Part shown: piece by piece, positions 1 through 9,004 of the stretch | How positions within the stretch are numbered: position 1 is the first letter of the stretch | Layout: each line of letters starts with the position of its first letter | From: an archaeon | GTDB lineage: Archaea; Aenigmatarchaeota; Aenigmatarchaeia; Aenigmatarchaeales; JACQIB01 | NCBI GenBank assembly: GCA_035291225.1 | Contig: DATDSO010000010.1 | Span: 11,163 to 75,162 of the forward strand | Reading direction: 5' to 3' | DNA length: 64,000 nt | Made by a program: the position numbers and the translations under genes | The notes under the pieces: generated by a model | Seen by the model: the letters and a program-made list of their open reading frames with translations, nothing else | Database searches by the model: none | What the model was told of the DNA's origin: nothing

Positions 1-349
1 CTTTCCATTCAATGTCTTTTTTATCGAGTTCTGCGGGAGAGAAGGCGGAAATTCTTTGTTTTACTTTCTCTTCAAAAGCTGCTTTCGCCTGCTCAAAAGT
101 GTTCGTTTTTTCATCCATATATTTTTCAGATGTTCCATAATCATAAAGAGCGAGAGGGGTTTCAAATTTGGCAACAGAATCCAAAGACCTTTTCAAACTT
201 TCTGAAACTCCCTCCAGCTCGTAAAGTTTAACAGAGCCTGCAGCCACATCAACGTGCCTTGAATAGAAAATGCTTTTATCCATAACAAAAATTATTGTTA
301 TCATTATCATCATAAAAATTCCCAGAAAAAATGGTGCACTCCCTTTCAT
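1..349 (-). CDS. Prepilin-like protein (class III signal peptide), C-terminus beyond window edge
   Basis: Not in ORF track (runs off the edge). Minus-strand ATG at 347-349 overlaps the upstream stop by 1 nt, with a GGAGGTGA SD upstream. N-terminus MKG|SAPFFLGIFMMIMITIIFV is K-G followed by about 20 hydrophobic residues. Confidence 0.55.
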   Translation of the reverse strand, partial: MKGSAPFFLGIFMMIMITIIFVMDKSIFYSRHVDVAAGSVKLYELEGVSESLKRSLDSVAKFETPLALYDYGTSEKYMDEKTNTFEQAKAAFEEKVKQRISAFSPAELDKKDIEWK

Positions 350-879
350 TATCTCACCTCCCTCGAACTGCAGAAAATAAATTTGCCGGATTTTGCGTCA
401 GCGTAAACCAGATGGCTCACGCAATGCAGCTGTTTGTCTGGCCGTATGCCGGCGCGCAGATTAAAAATTTCTTTTCCTTCTGATTTAAATGTGGCTTTGT
501 ATTCTCCAATGCCAAAATCTTTTATAATTTCTTTTGCAACTTTTTGTATGTCATAGCTTTTTCCTTCAATGGCTAGAGAAGTTATTTTTGTATCAGTATC
601 GCCACTATTGGAGAAAACGAAATATGGGAGTATGTCCTTGAATGGAATTCCATGATGAGAATACTCTAAGATTGAATTCATCTCATTGCCGGCTGCAGGA
701 GTGTCGTAATAAACATCTCCATAGACAGTTCCTGTCATGTTTATATGCAAAAGGAAAATTACAATTGCTGAAACAAAAAGCATAAACAGAGTTGAAAACA
801 TTGACAGAACTGCCATCATTACATCTGACAAATATGTTATTGTCCCCTTTTTCCTTGAAAATTTATTTGACTTTGACAT
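349..879 (-). CDS. Prepilin-like membrane/secreted protein
   Basis: N-terminus ..SRKKG|TITYLSDVMMAVLSMFSTLFMLFVSAIVIFLL. Start overlaps the upstream gene by 17 nt; part of a tightly coupled operon. Confidence 0.6.
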   Translation of the reverse strand: MSKSNKFSRKKGTITYLSDVMMAVLSMFSTLFMLFVSAIVIFLLHINMTGTVYGDVYYDTPAAGNEMNSILEYSHHGIPFKDILPYFVFSNSGDTDTKITSLAIEGKSYDIQKVAKEIIKDFGIGEYKATFKSEGKEIFNLRAGIRPDKQLHCVSHLVYADAKSGKFIFCSSREVR

Positions 880-1279
880 TTAAAATCCCCGCCGCTGTTC
901 TATCTGAATATTTTATCAAAACTGGTAAAGCTCTCGAGAGCGTTGTGCCGCCTGAGAAATCTTTTCCTATTGAAATAACTTCTTGGCCGCCTCGCTCGGA
1001 AATTTTTGCGTAAAACTCTATCGGAGCATTGACGCAAAAATTTGCTTTTGCGGACTGAACTTTTGCTGCGTCTATAACTCCTTTCCTTACTTCTCCATAG
1101 ACAGTTTCTGCCAAGCATGGAGCTGCAGCAATTGCATGCGCCAGATCTACTGTCATCCTTATATTATCATAAACTCTTACCTGCCCCTGAAATGCTCCTG
1201 ACTGGAGAATCATCCCCAAAATTCCGGCAATCAAAAATCCCATTGTAAACATCTTCAAAATAAATTCTGCTATATCCAT
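863..1279 (-). CDS. Operon member with N-terminal hydrophobic helix (no clear K/R-G site)
   Basis: MDIAEFILKMFTMGFLIAGILGMIL.. Start overlaps the upstream stop by 1 nt; GAGGTGA SD. Confidence 0.55.
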   Translation of the reverse strand: MDIAEFILKMFTMGFLIAGILGMILQSGAFQGQVRVYDNIRMTVDLAHAIAAAPCLAETVYGEVRKGVIDAAKVQSAKANFCVNAPIEFYAKISERGGQEVISIGKDFSGGTTLSRALPVLIKYSDRTAAGILNVKVK

Positions 1280-1731
1280 TATCTCACCTCAAGCCCGAAA
1301 AATGTGCTGTTCTTAGTGATTTTTATTTTGCTCTTGCTTGCGCTTGTAAATGATTTTGTGGTCGGCAAGGGAGTTCTGCTGCATGTTATAGTGGGAGAAG
1401 GGTTTATTGACCGGTATTGGGTGTATCCGCCGCGTTCGATTGTTGTCCAGTCGCGCAATTTTTTCGCGGGTGGCACTGCCTGAACTGCATTCCCGACAAC
1501 ATTCAAATCAAATTGCGTTGGTTTTTCTATGATATATGTGAAGTCATAATCTTCAGTTCTGCAGCCAAAGCTGAAAGCCGAACTCAAAGATGCCTGAACA
1601 ACTGACGGAGATGTCAAAAGCATTCCGGCAACTGTGTCTGTTCCAAAAACTAAAGACCAGTAGATAACCATAAATATCAAAATAATTATGCCAATCGTTG
1701 TGACAACATCATAAACTATTGTTCCTTTCAT
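1279..1731 (-). CDS. Prepilin-like protein
   Basis: MKG|TIVYDVVTTIGIIILIFMVIYWSLVF. ATGA overlap with the upstream 740-aa gene; GGTGAGCGG SD. Confidence 0.65.
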   Translation of the reverse strand: MKGTIVYDVVTTIGIIILIFMVIYWSLVFGTDTVAGMLLTSPSVVQASLSSAFSFGCRTEDYDFTYIIEKPTQFDLNVVGNAVQAVPPAKKLRDWTTIERGGYTQYRSINPSPTITCSRTPLPTTKSFTSASKSKIKITKNSTFFGLEVR

Positions 1732-3950
1732 CCGCTCACCACAAAAGTTATGCTCGAATCTTTGGCAACAGAGATGCCGATTTTATCGCTGCCCGCAATT
1801 GGGAAATCTCCCTGATTTTTTTCTTTGCCAAACGTCGTTGCCCAAGTTTGCGTATCTGCATTCCATCTCTTCACATAATCACAATTTGCCACCAAACCAC
1901 AAAGTTTGGAAGCTTTTGTTGAATAGCTTTCGGGAACAATAAAAAAGTTGTATTTTCCTCCCGTAAGCTTGTATGGGGTTCCCGCGGAAGCTTGAACCGG
2001 AGCTTCTGTTGACGGATCTACTGAAATAGAAGAGTAATCAAGTTTGCATCTTCCGGTTGCGTCTGAAATTTTGATTTTATCAAAAGCAAATTTCTGGCCT
2101 GCTTGAGATTTCAATATTATAGAAACGCGCTCGGGAAAGGATTTCGCCGCGCGCTTGTCTATTTGCCTCCATGAACCTTCACCTGTCGCTATTTCTGTTT
2201 TTATTTCTGTGCTGCATGGCTGGCTGTCATCAGTATCGAGAACTCCTGCATAAATTTCAATTACTGTTGCTTCTTTCTGCTCGTTGAATCTGTATGTATG
2301 CGTTTGCAGGTTCGCGCAAATTCTTCCTGCGGCCAAGCCTTCGTCTGAAGTTTCGCATATACGATAATTCTCGGAACGCAGAATCGAGCATGAATTTGAA
2401 GTTGCTTCTTTTGAAATGAATCCCATGTACTTTCCAACAGTTGTCAGATTAAATGGCTGAGTGTCGGTCAGCCTTAATTCATTTCTTATTGGAGTAACGA
2501 TTTCTTCCGGTTCTACGCAATTTATTTTATCTATATCTTTTTCTGCCCCATAATTGTAAATCTCGCAGCAATCAACAAAAATTTCCTCTGCAGCGTGGCG
2601 CGTTTTTAGCGTCTTCATTTTTTCCGGAGTTAATTCTGTAAATGGTATTCCGGGCCACATCAGAGTTTCTGCGCAGGAAAATGCGCCTCTGCAAAGATCG
2701 CCTGCATCCAAACACGGCACGCCGTAAAGAGAAGATAATTTGTTCCAGCTTATTCCCTGAGAACCTGCAACTTTTTTCACAGCAGTTCTTCCAATAACTT
2801 CAGCGAGGAATTTTTTGCTTCCTGTGACTTTTACAGCTTCTTTTCCAATTTCTTTCGCAACATCGTGCTCAATAATTTGGCCGGTTTTTTGGTAAACTTT
2901 TCCGGCTGCGATTTCTCCGGCAGTTCTTGCGGTTTCTCTTCCGCCATATTTCCCTGTAACTTTTATTGCTTCCTTTTCCGCGTCTTTTGCTATCTGCTCA
3001 ATAACTTCTCTGCCTAATTTTGTTCCCAGTTTTTCCGCGGCGACTGTGGCTCCTTTGGCTGCGCCACGCTTTGCTGCGGCTTTTGACCCGAACGAAAGAA
3101 TATCTGTTGCAACATCAGCAGCAAAGCACAAGTCCTCTCCTGCATAGAGAGCAACCAAACCATTTAGCAAACCTTCATCGGCGTAGCAATAATTTGATGC
3201 GTCTGCGCCAGCTCTTGCTACGTTAGCTATTATCTCACTTCCGGATTTTTTAAAAGAAACTTTTGCATAGCATGGGGCAGCGAGATAGAATTTTGGATTT
3301 TCAAGTGAAAGCGGCGTAGAGGAGCGTTCCAATTTAATATCAACTATATTTTGCGGCAGTTTCAAAGTGAAATTTTGCTCAAGCCCGCGCACGTTCAAGC
3401 ACAAACCTTTTCCAGTTGTGCATCCTTCCTGCAAGTATTTTGTTCTGTAAAATTGCTTGAATCTTGTTAATGTTGGGCCAATATCCCACCATCTCTCTCC
3501 TATTGTTGAGCGCTCGAAAGGATATGTTTCAGACCACTTCTGCAATTTTGTTGCATCGAAGCCGTTGGAAGCTGCTGCTTCTGAAAAAACTACCGGCATC
3601 GAAAATCCGCCCCGCTCTCCTAATTTTGTTTCCTCAACTGGTTTTGTTTGGATTTTTTGGTAGTACAAAAGATATTGCGGAACCATCAAACCATAGTATG
3701 CTTGAATGTAGCCAACGCCAGTTAAGCTCCATTTGCTTTCCTGACAAAGTTTTACAACAGCATCCTTGCTGCAGCCCTGCTTGCCTTCGCCTGCTGCGCA
3801 CTCTATTGCAAGCTTAACTTCCTCCAGAGAAATTCTCGCCAAGTCGTCGCAAGAGCTGCGCGGAAACAAAACATAAAACATGAACACAGTAATTATGGCT
3901 ATTATCATTCCCACCATCAGTTTTAGAACTTCCTCGGAAACTCCTCGCAT
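1728..3950 (-). CDS. Giant prepilin-like protein, Cys-rich ectodomain (740 aa)
   Basis: MRG|VSEEVLKLMVGMIIAIITVFMFYVLF N-terminus. More than 30 Cys; central Ala/Lys/Gly-rich degenerate repeats (..AAKRGAAKGATVAAEKLGTKLGREVIEQIAKDAEKEAIKVTGKYGG..AKEIGKEAVKVTGSKK..). No family recognised. Confidence 0.7.
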   Translation of the reverse strand: MRGVSEEVLKLMVGMIIAIITVFMFYVLFPRSSCDDLARISLEEVKLAIECAAGEGKQGCSKDAVVKLCQESKWSLTGVGYIQAYYGLMVPQYLLYYQKIQTKPVEETKLGERGGFSMPVVFSEAAASNGFDATKLQKWSETYPFERSTIGERWWDIGPTLTRFKQFYRTKYLQEGCTTGKGLCLNVRGLEQNFTLKLPQNIVDIKLERSSTPLSLENPKFYLAAPCYAKVSFKKSGSEIIANVARAGADASNYCYADEGLLNGLVALYAGEDLCFAADVATDILSFGSKAAAKRGAAKGATVAAEKLGTKLGREVIEQIAKDAEKEAIKVTGKYGGRETARTAGEIAAGKVYQKTGQIIEHDVAKEIGKEAVKVTGSKKFLAEVIGRTAVKKVAGSQGISWNKLSSLYGVPCLDAGDLCRGAFSCAETLMWPGIPFTELTPEKMKTLKTRHAAEEIFVDCCEIYNYGAEKDIDKINCVEPEEIVTPIRNELRLTDTQPFNLTTVGKYMGFISKEATSNSCSILRSENYRICETSDEGLAAGRICANLQTHTYRFNEQKEATVIEIYAGVLDTDDSQPCSTEIKTEIATGEGSWRQIDKRAAKSFPERVSIILKSQAGQKFAFDKIKISDATGRCKLDYSSISVDPSTEAPVQASAGTPYKLTGGKYNFFIVPESYSTKASKLCGLVANCDYVKRWNADTQTWATTFGKEKNQGDFPIAGSDKIGISVAKDSSITFVVSG

Positions 3951-3979
3951 GTATTTTATTCAAGAAGCTTATTTAAAAA

Positions 3980-4357
3980 TTACTCAGCTTTCGGGCAGTC
4001 GCAGCCAAGCTTTCCTTTAACATCATCTTCTGTGACACTTGCCCCGACTTGCTTGTTATTTGCTATTCTATAGAGGTCTTTTATCTTAATATCACCTGTT
4101 GAAGAATATTGCTTCGGCACGCCGCCGCATTTGTAATCTGTTATAGAAACAGTCCTTCCCTTATCATCAGTTGTGCTAGATTGAGAGCAGAGATTTGGGA
4201 TTGGACTGATAAAGGGAGTGCAGCAAGATTGCAAAAGTCCTCTCGCCGCCGGAGCTTCGAGCTGGGCTTGTGCCGTTGGCAAAAATCCTATAGCTGCGAA
4301 AAATAAAATCAGCGCCCCAACAACAGCAACCAAAACCATAATAGGCTTTTCTACCAT
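3980..4357 (-). CDS. Small secreted Cys-rich protein
   Basis: Sec-like signal MVEKPIMVLVAVVGALILFFAAIGFLPTAQA|QLE; 6 Cys; lies inside the operon. Confidence 0.55.
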   Translation of the reverse strand: MVEKPIMVLVAVVGALILFFAAIGFLPTAQAQLEAPAARGLLQSCCTPFISPIPNLCSQSSTTDDKGRTVSITDYKCGGVPKQYSSTGDIKIKDLYRIANNKQVGASVTEDDVKGKLGCDCPKAE

Positions 4358-4389
4358 AAGAAACTTTCTCGGCTGCGTTTATAAACTTT

Positions 4390-4557
4390 TCAAGAAGTTT
4401 TCCCAGTGAGGGATGAGAAGAGTCCTTTTATCAGATCCAAAATAGGATTCGAAAGCCCTTGGCCTGTCTGCGCAATAGAAATTCCTATTAACATGAGAAT
4501 AACTATTGCTACAATTGCCACGACGAACATGATTATTCTGTCATCAACACCTTTCAT
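4390..4557 (-). CDS. Mini prepilin-like protein (55 aa)
   Basis: Internal start of ORF 4390..4620 chosen: AGAGGTGAT SD, then MKG|VDDRIIMFVVAIVAIVILMLIGISIA. ATGA overlap with the upstream gene. Confidence 0.55.
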   Translation of the reverse strand: MKGVDDRIIMFVVAIVAIVILMLIGISIAQTGQGLSNPILDLIKGLFSSLTGKTS

Positions 4558-4748
4558 TCTATCACCTCTGAAGTTTTTTGCTGCTGGCCGGATGAGCATT
4601 TGCCAAGATTTCCCATGCATTCAAGTATTTTTTCAACAAGTGTTCCGCCGGTTTCAAGGGGCTGTGTAACTATCTTTATGCCAACTGCCAGAACCATCAC
4701 AGACAAAAATACAACCACAAGAAAAACAATTGTGCTCATGCCTTTCAT
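4554..4748 (-). CDS. Mini prepilin-like protein (64 aa)
   Basis: Internal start of ORF 4554..4991: MKG|MSTIVFLVVVFLSVMVLAVGIKIV. ATGA overlap with 4745..4978. Confidence 0.55.
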   Translation of the reverse strand: MKGMSTIVFLVVVFLSVMVLAVGIKIVTQPLETGGTLVEKILECMGNLGKCSSGQQQKTSEVIE

Positions 4749-4978
4749 GGAAATTTCACCGGAAACATTTTTTTGAAATGATTTGAAATTATTATTGCAA
4801 GCAAAAGAGAGAAAATGTAAACTGTTTCCAGACTGCTGTAAGAGCCTTCTGTCGGTTTCGGCCCCTTCTTGCTTGCAAGCAAAACAAAAAGTATTATTGC
4901 AACTACAAGTCCGAAAACTACCATTGCGAAGACCTGTATTGAAAATTCGCTGTCGCCTTTCAAAAATTTTCTTTTCAT
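4745..4978 (-). CDS. Mini prepilin-like protein (77 aa)
   Basis: MKRKFLKG|DSEFSIQVFAMVVFGLVVAIILFVLL. 1-nt overlap with the upstream gene. Confidence 0.55.
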   Translation of the reverse strand: MKRKFLKGDSEFSIQVFAMVVFGLVVAIILFVLLASKKGPKPTEGSYSSLETVYIFSLLLAIIISNHFKKMFPVKFP

Positions 4979-5181
4979 TATTTGCCACCAAAAATTGTTG
5001 ATAAAATATTGTTTACCCAGCTTTCAGAGCCGGTTCCGCTAACCTGCCCCAAACTTTGTTGATACAAATAAAATAGAATCATCAAAACTATAAGTATCCC
5101 GACAAGGAATGCCGCTTCTGAAGGAAATTGCTCAAAAACACTGCCTTTGGATTTTTTCATATTTTTCATAAAAATCATCAT
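4978..5181 (-). CDS. Mini prepilin-like protein (67 aa)
   Basis: ..NMKKSKG|SVFEQFPSEAAFLVGILIVLMILFYLY. ATGA overlap with the 778-aa gene. Confidence 0.55.
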   Translation of the reverse strand: MMIFMKNMKKSKGSVFEQFPSEAAFLVGILIVLMILFYLYQQSLGQVSGTGSESWVNNILSTIFGGK

Positions 5182-7514
5182 GTGAATGGTATTGCATAGT
5201 TTACTGGATATATATTATTATTTTCATTTGTTTCTTCTGTTGTTCCTGTTGAATCAACTCTAACATCTGCGCGGTATAATCCGTTTGGATGTGAATACTG
5301 GGGGCTTACAACTGTGTGGAATGATTTTCCTGCTTCTATTTTTGTATAATCTCCGCTCGCTATCGATAACTTTTCTCCTGTGTTAGAGTTAACGATTGAA
5401 TATTCATATTTTCCTGCGTTCGCTGATGCGGTTCCGAGATTATTTATTGTGATATCTATTTTTATTTTATTTGAGACATCACCTGCAATAACATCAGCCA
5501 CTGGCGCAAGGTCGGCGAGATTGGCCCGAGCTGTTGTTGTAGTTGAACTTGTCGCGGCACCGCGGCCTGCAACAACTGCAGATGAAGTTGTTGTGGTTGT
5601 TTTTGGTTTTGTTGTAGTTGTCGCAGCTGAAGCTTCTCCCAAATCTACAATTATGATTGAATAATCTTTCCAGAATCTCGTGTTCATCACACTACCTACA
5701 GGTATGCCCCAAGCAAGATTACAGTCGCCATAGCTCCTGCTTGCTATTCTATTGCAGGAATCTGTCTGTATTAAATCAAGTTTTGGCCCATTGTTATTTT
5801 GAATCGGTTCCCAACACCACCCGCAACCTATAGTCCCCCAGCCGCACCCATCTGTTTTTTCTGACTTGCCTTCTATTTTTGTCAAAAATCTATTTACAAT
5901 AATATTATATTTATGATTTTTCAGGAATTTTCCTTGGTCTAAGTTATGTTTTATGTCTATTTCAAATAATTTTTTATTATTGCTTGGACAGATGTCACCC
6001 AAATCTATGGGGTTGTAATTCTTTCCGTCGCCGATTTCTCCTGACTCTGTGAGTGTGTTGTAATAAAGTTTCTTAAAATTAATAGGACCTTCGATATCTG
6101 TGTCATAGCAATCTTGGCCAAAGCAGGTTTCTATATTTTCCTGCCAATTTTCCTGCCCAACTTTTGCGTCGAAATAAGTTCTGCCAGTACATACAGTTTC
6201 CCCACCTTGGACGTTGGTGCAACTTTTCGAAACGCCAATTTTATAGTCATTGCCTTTCGGCTTTGAAGAAGAGTCCTTGAAATTTTTTATAAATGTTGGA
6301 AAGTCAAAATCGTTTGCTGCAGTGAATGTTATGTCTAATTTTCTCCTTAGGTCGGCGTATAGAGGAGCGGCAGGAGAATTTCTGTTCGCGTTGCTGCGTG
6401 AAAAGCGGTTTGAATCTTGGCCGTTGCCGGCAAAAACAAAAGCAAGCCTGTCTGGAATCTGCTCTGTTGTTATAATTCCCAAGTCAAGTTTCTCGGGAAC
6501 TTTTTTTATTTCATAAACATATTTTTTATTATTTTTATTCCAATAGAGAATCCATCTATAAGTTGGTGAGCACGTTCCGCTGCCGCAATCTGGTAGAAAT
6601 TTATCCGCGCCCAAATTCGAATCATCTGTTGCATATTGCTGCTCTATGAAATGTTTTGTTCCATCATATTTTTTTTCGTAACCTGAAAATACAAGAGATG
6701 TCGCTGGCAGGGCCTGAAGTCCTGGTATTGAGATGGGCAAGGCAGGAAACTGGCTGTAGCCAGTTATTTTATCATCATTTCCACTCTCACACATCTTACA
6801 GGAAGTGTCATAACTATCAAGACCGCCGGCTGATCTTCCCGGAGCGCTTTTGCCGCAATCCTTGTTCCCAAAGCTGACGAGCTGGCCTTTTCCGGGAGAA
6901 ATTAATTTTTCTCCTTTTGTGCAGAAAGGCTTATCGTGTGTTGGGTTTCTTGATAATCCTCTAAGAAAAGAATTTATGCACGCTTCATCAAATCGCTGGG
7001 GGCATTGTGAAAGAAAACGCACAAATAAAGGCTGGCCGCTTTGGCCGACTAAATCATAGCAACCTTTCTCCTGAATTATTTTCTTTTCCTGTTCAGGCGT
7101 TAAATCTTTATCCTCATCGTATTTTCCTTTCTGAGAATTATAATTTATTTTAAACAAAGCAGAATCTATATACAGCAAATCTGTTATACCATAATTATCC
7201 AATTTTATTCCGTGCTCACTTTCTCCATTTGCTATGAAATCATCTCGGATTGTTTTGGAAAGAGAGCATCCTACAATACCGGCTGTTAATGGAATTTCTC
7301 CCGGAGCTATATTCAACATTTCCAAAACATTTTTTGACTCCCCTTCTGGTATTTCTTCAATGGGCAGTGTTAATGTCGGAATCTTCCCTTCGATATCACT
7401 GAGCTGGCCTCCCAGATCAACAGAAATTCCCAAAAATTTCAGAAGTCCGGCTGCCAAAAATATCAATGCAACAACTATCAGGAGAAACACTACCATCTCT
7501 TTTGTCGAAACCAT
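5178..7514 (-). CDS. Large Cys-rich surface protein with Thr-linker and C-terminal CARDB-like domain (778 aa); first gene of operon
   Basis: N-terminal anchor MVSTKEMVVFLLIVVALIFLAAGLL; about 35 Cys; linker ATTTTKPKTTTTTSS..SSTTTTA. C-terminus DLAPV..ITINNLGTASA..VRVDSTGTTEETNENNN matches the CARDB pattern (DL..N.G......vD..n.v.E.nE.NN). Confidence 0.7.
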   Translation of the reverse strand: MVSTKEMVVFLLIVVALIFLAAGLLKFLGISVDLGGQLSDIEGKIPTLTLPIEEIPEGESKNVLEMLNIAPGEIPLTAGIVGCSLSKTIRDDFIANGESEHGIKLDNYGITDLLYIDSALFKINYNSQKGKYDEDKDLTPEQEKKIIQEKGCYDLVGQSGQPLFVRFLSQCPQRFDEACINSFLRGLSRNPTHDKPFCTKGEKLISPGKGQLVSFGNKDCGKSAPGRSAGGLDSYDTSCKMCESGNDDKITGYSQFPALPISIPGLQALPATSLVFSGYEKKYDGTKHFIEQQYATDDSNLGADKFLPDCGSGTCSPTYRWILYWNKNNKKYVYEIKKVPEKLDLGIITTEQIPDRLAFVFAGNGQDSNRFSRSNANRNSPAAPLYADLRRKLDITFTAANDFDFPTFIKNFKDSSSKPKGNDYKIGVSKSCTNVQGGETVCTGRTYFDAKVGQENWQENIETCFGQDCYDTDIEGPINFKKLYYNTLTESGEIGDGKNYNPIDLGDICPSNNKKLFEIDIKHNLDQGKFLKNHKYNIIVNRFLTKIEGKSEKTDGCGWGTIGCGWCWEPIQNNNGPKLDLIQTDSCNRIASRSYGDCNLAWGIPVGSVMNTRFWKDYSIIIVDLGEASAATTTTKPKTTTTTSSAVVAGRGAATSSTTTTARANLADLAPVADVIAGDVSNKIKIDITINNLGTASANAGKYEYSIVNSNTGEKLSIASGDYTKIEAGKSFHTVVSPQYSHPNGLYRADVRVDSTGTTEETNENNNIYPVNYAIPFT

Positions 7515-7539
7515 AATACCGCCAATATTCTCTTTTCCC

Positions 7540-7551
7540 TATTTTTAAAAC
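7540..7551 (-). promoter_or_regulatory. TATA box of the prepilin-like operon
   Basis: Minus-strand GTTTTAAAAAT about 31 nt upstream of ATG 7514. Only TATA-like element seen for the 11-gene block. Confidence 0.45.
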
Positions 7552-7614
7552 TTCACAAAGCAATATAAATTGAAAATTACAATGTCTTTTATGCCGATTG
7601 AAGGGGTGAAAAAA

Positions 7615-8226
7615 ATGGTATTGAAACGAAGCCACACGCCGCCAAAACTTTCAACTTTTGAAATAGTTTTTGCCAACATGAAAAATCGCGCTTCGGTTAC
7701 AAAATACCAAAAAAAAGATGTGCAGCTGCATATGGTTGAAAAAATTCTCATGTCTGCAATTTTTGCGCCGAGCGCTGGAAACTGCCAGCCATGGGAATTT
7801 ATTGTTGTGCGAGACAAGGAAATGAGAAAACAGATTACTCAATCGTGCTTTGATCAGATATGGATGCTCGAAGCTCCGGTTTTTATAGTTGTGGGAATAA
7901 ATACGCGCATTGCGGGTTCTGTTTACGGAGAGCGCGGGGAGAAGCTTTATGGAGTTCAAGATACTGCGGCTGCAATTGAAAATATGCTTTTGTCTGCGCA
8001 GTCGCTCGGTTTGAGCTCCTGCTGGGTCGGAGCTTTTTCTGAACCGAAAGTTTCTATTCTGCTGAAATTTCCAGAGTATGTCCGCCCATGCGCAATAATT
8101 ACTTTAGGTTGGCCCGCTGAAGAACCGAAAGAAATGAACAGGCATCCGCTAGATGAAGTTGTTCACTTCGAGAATTTTGGTGAAACTCCTCTAAGCAAAA
8201 GAGTCGGCCAACATCATATCGCATAA
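7615..8226 (+). CDS. Nitroreductase family protein
   Basis: ..APSAGNCQPWEFIVVRD.. and ..DTAAAIENMLLSAQSLGLSSCWVGAF.. motifs. ATG 7615 preceded by a GGGGTGA SD (the ORF track starts at TTG 7570). Confidence 0.8.
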   Translation: MVLKRSHTPPKLSTFEIVFANMKNRASVTKYQKKDVQLHMVEKILMSAIFAPSAGNCQPWEFIVVRDKEMRKQITQSCFDQIWMLEAPVFIVVGINTRIAGSVYGERGEKLYGVQDTAAAIENMLLSAQSLGLSSCWVGAFSEPKVSILLKFPEYVRPCAIITLGWPAEEPKEMNRHPLDEVVHFENFGETPLSKRVGQHHIA

Positions 8227-8233
8227 GAAATTT

Positions 8234-8413
8234 CTATAGAGTTTCCAAAACTTTTGCTTTAATTCTTCCTTTCCCTCCGTGCGGTTCAGCAAGCTCATTT
8301 CCGCAAACCAAGCATTTTACTTTCTGGCTCGGTTTGTTGAAAATTATCTGCTCGTTTTTGCACTTGCAAACTACTTTCAAAAATTTGCTTTCTGGATTTG
8401 GAATTTTGTACAT
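8234..8413 (-). CDS. rps27e: 30S ribosomal protein S27e
   Basis: ..[41 protein letters not shown]: C-x-C...C-xx-C zinc knuckle and S27e length. ATG 8413 (alternative TTG 8422). Confidence 0.85.
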   Translation of the reverse strand: MYKIPNPESKFLKVVCKCKNEQIIFNKPSQKVKCLVCGNELAEPHGGKGRIKAKVLETL

Positions 8414-8418
8414 TTTAA

Positions 8419-8661
8419 TCAATTAAATTTGACAGCGTAGTCTTTATATCCTAAAGCTTCCGGCAGGGTAAACAAAATAATATCTGTTTGAGCGTATAGC
8501 CGACCGTTATTATATGGAGTATACATTTCATGGGAAATTTCAATTTCATTGCCATTAAATTTAACAAATCCATCATTATGAAATTTTATAGATTTTAAAT
8601 AATCGGCAGCCTTTGTTGCGAAATCTTTTTCAGCACCATTAATTGTAATTGTCATTCTCAT
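8419..8661 (-). CDS. Hypothetical protein wedged between rpl44e and rps27e
   Basis: 80-aa ORF with ATGA overlap with rpl44e. No family recognised. Confidence 0.5.
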   Translation of the reverse strand: MRMTITINGAEKDFATKAADYLKSIKFHNDGFVKFNGNEIEISHEMYTPYNNGRLYAQTDIILFTLPEALGYKDYAVKFN

Positions 8662-8945
8662 GCTTTAACCAGCTCATACTTTTTCGCTCTAAATCCCAAG
8701 CCGATTGTGTGCTGCTTTCCGCACTCTTTGCATTTGTAAAGCAGGGAAAGTTTTTTCGTTGGCTTTGCTCTGTCATGAGGATTGCTTTTCGGGAACGAGC
8801 CAAAGCCTTTCATTTTTCTCAAGAAGCTTCTTTGGCCGACTGCCATCTCTCGCCTCTGTTTACTAGTGGAAGAGCGGTGCACGTCGTGCTCTGTGTGCTT
8901 TCTGCAGTAATTGCAAAATCTCTGCTGCATTTTCGGGGCTTGCAT
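8658..8945 (-). CDS. rpl44e: 50S ribosomal protein L44e
   Basis: ..FCNYCRKHTEHDV..GQRSFLRKMKGFG..YKCKECGKQHT..RAKKYELV: typical L44e zinc-ribbon layout. Confidence 0.85.
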   Translation of the reverse strand: MQAPKMQQRFCNYCRKHTEHDVHRSSTSKQRREMAVGQRSFLRKMKGFGSFPKSNPHDRAKPTKKLSLLYKCKECGKQHTIGLGFRAKKYELVKA

Positions 8946-9004
8946 GATTTTCTTTCGCAGGGAAGGTTTATAAATTTGTTTTTTAAAGCAAGCGCATGGC
9001 CCAA

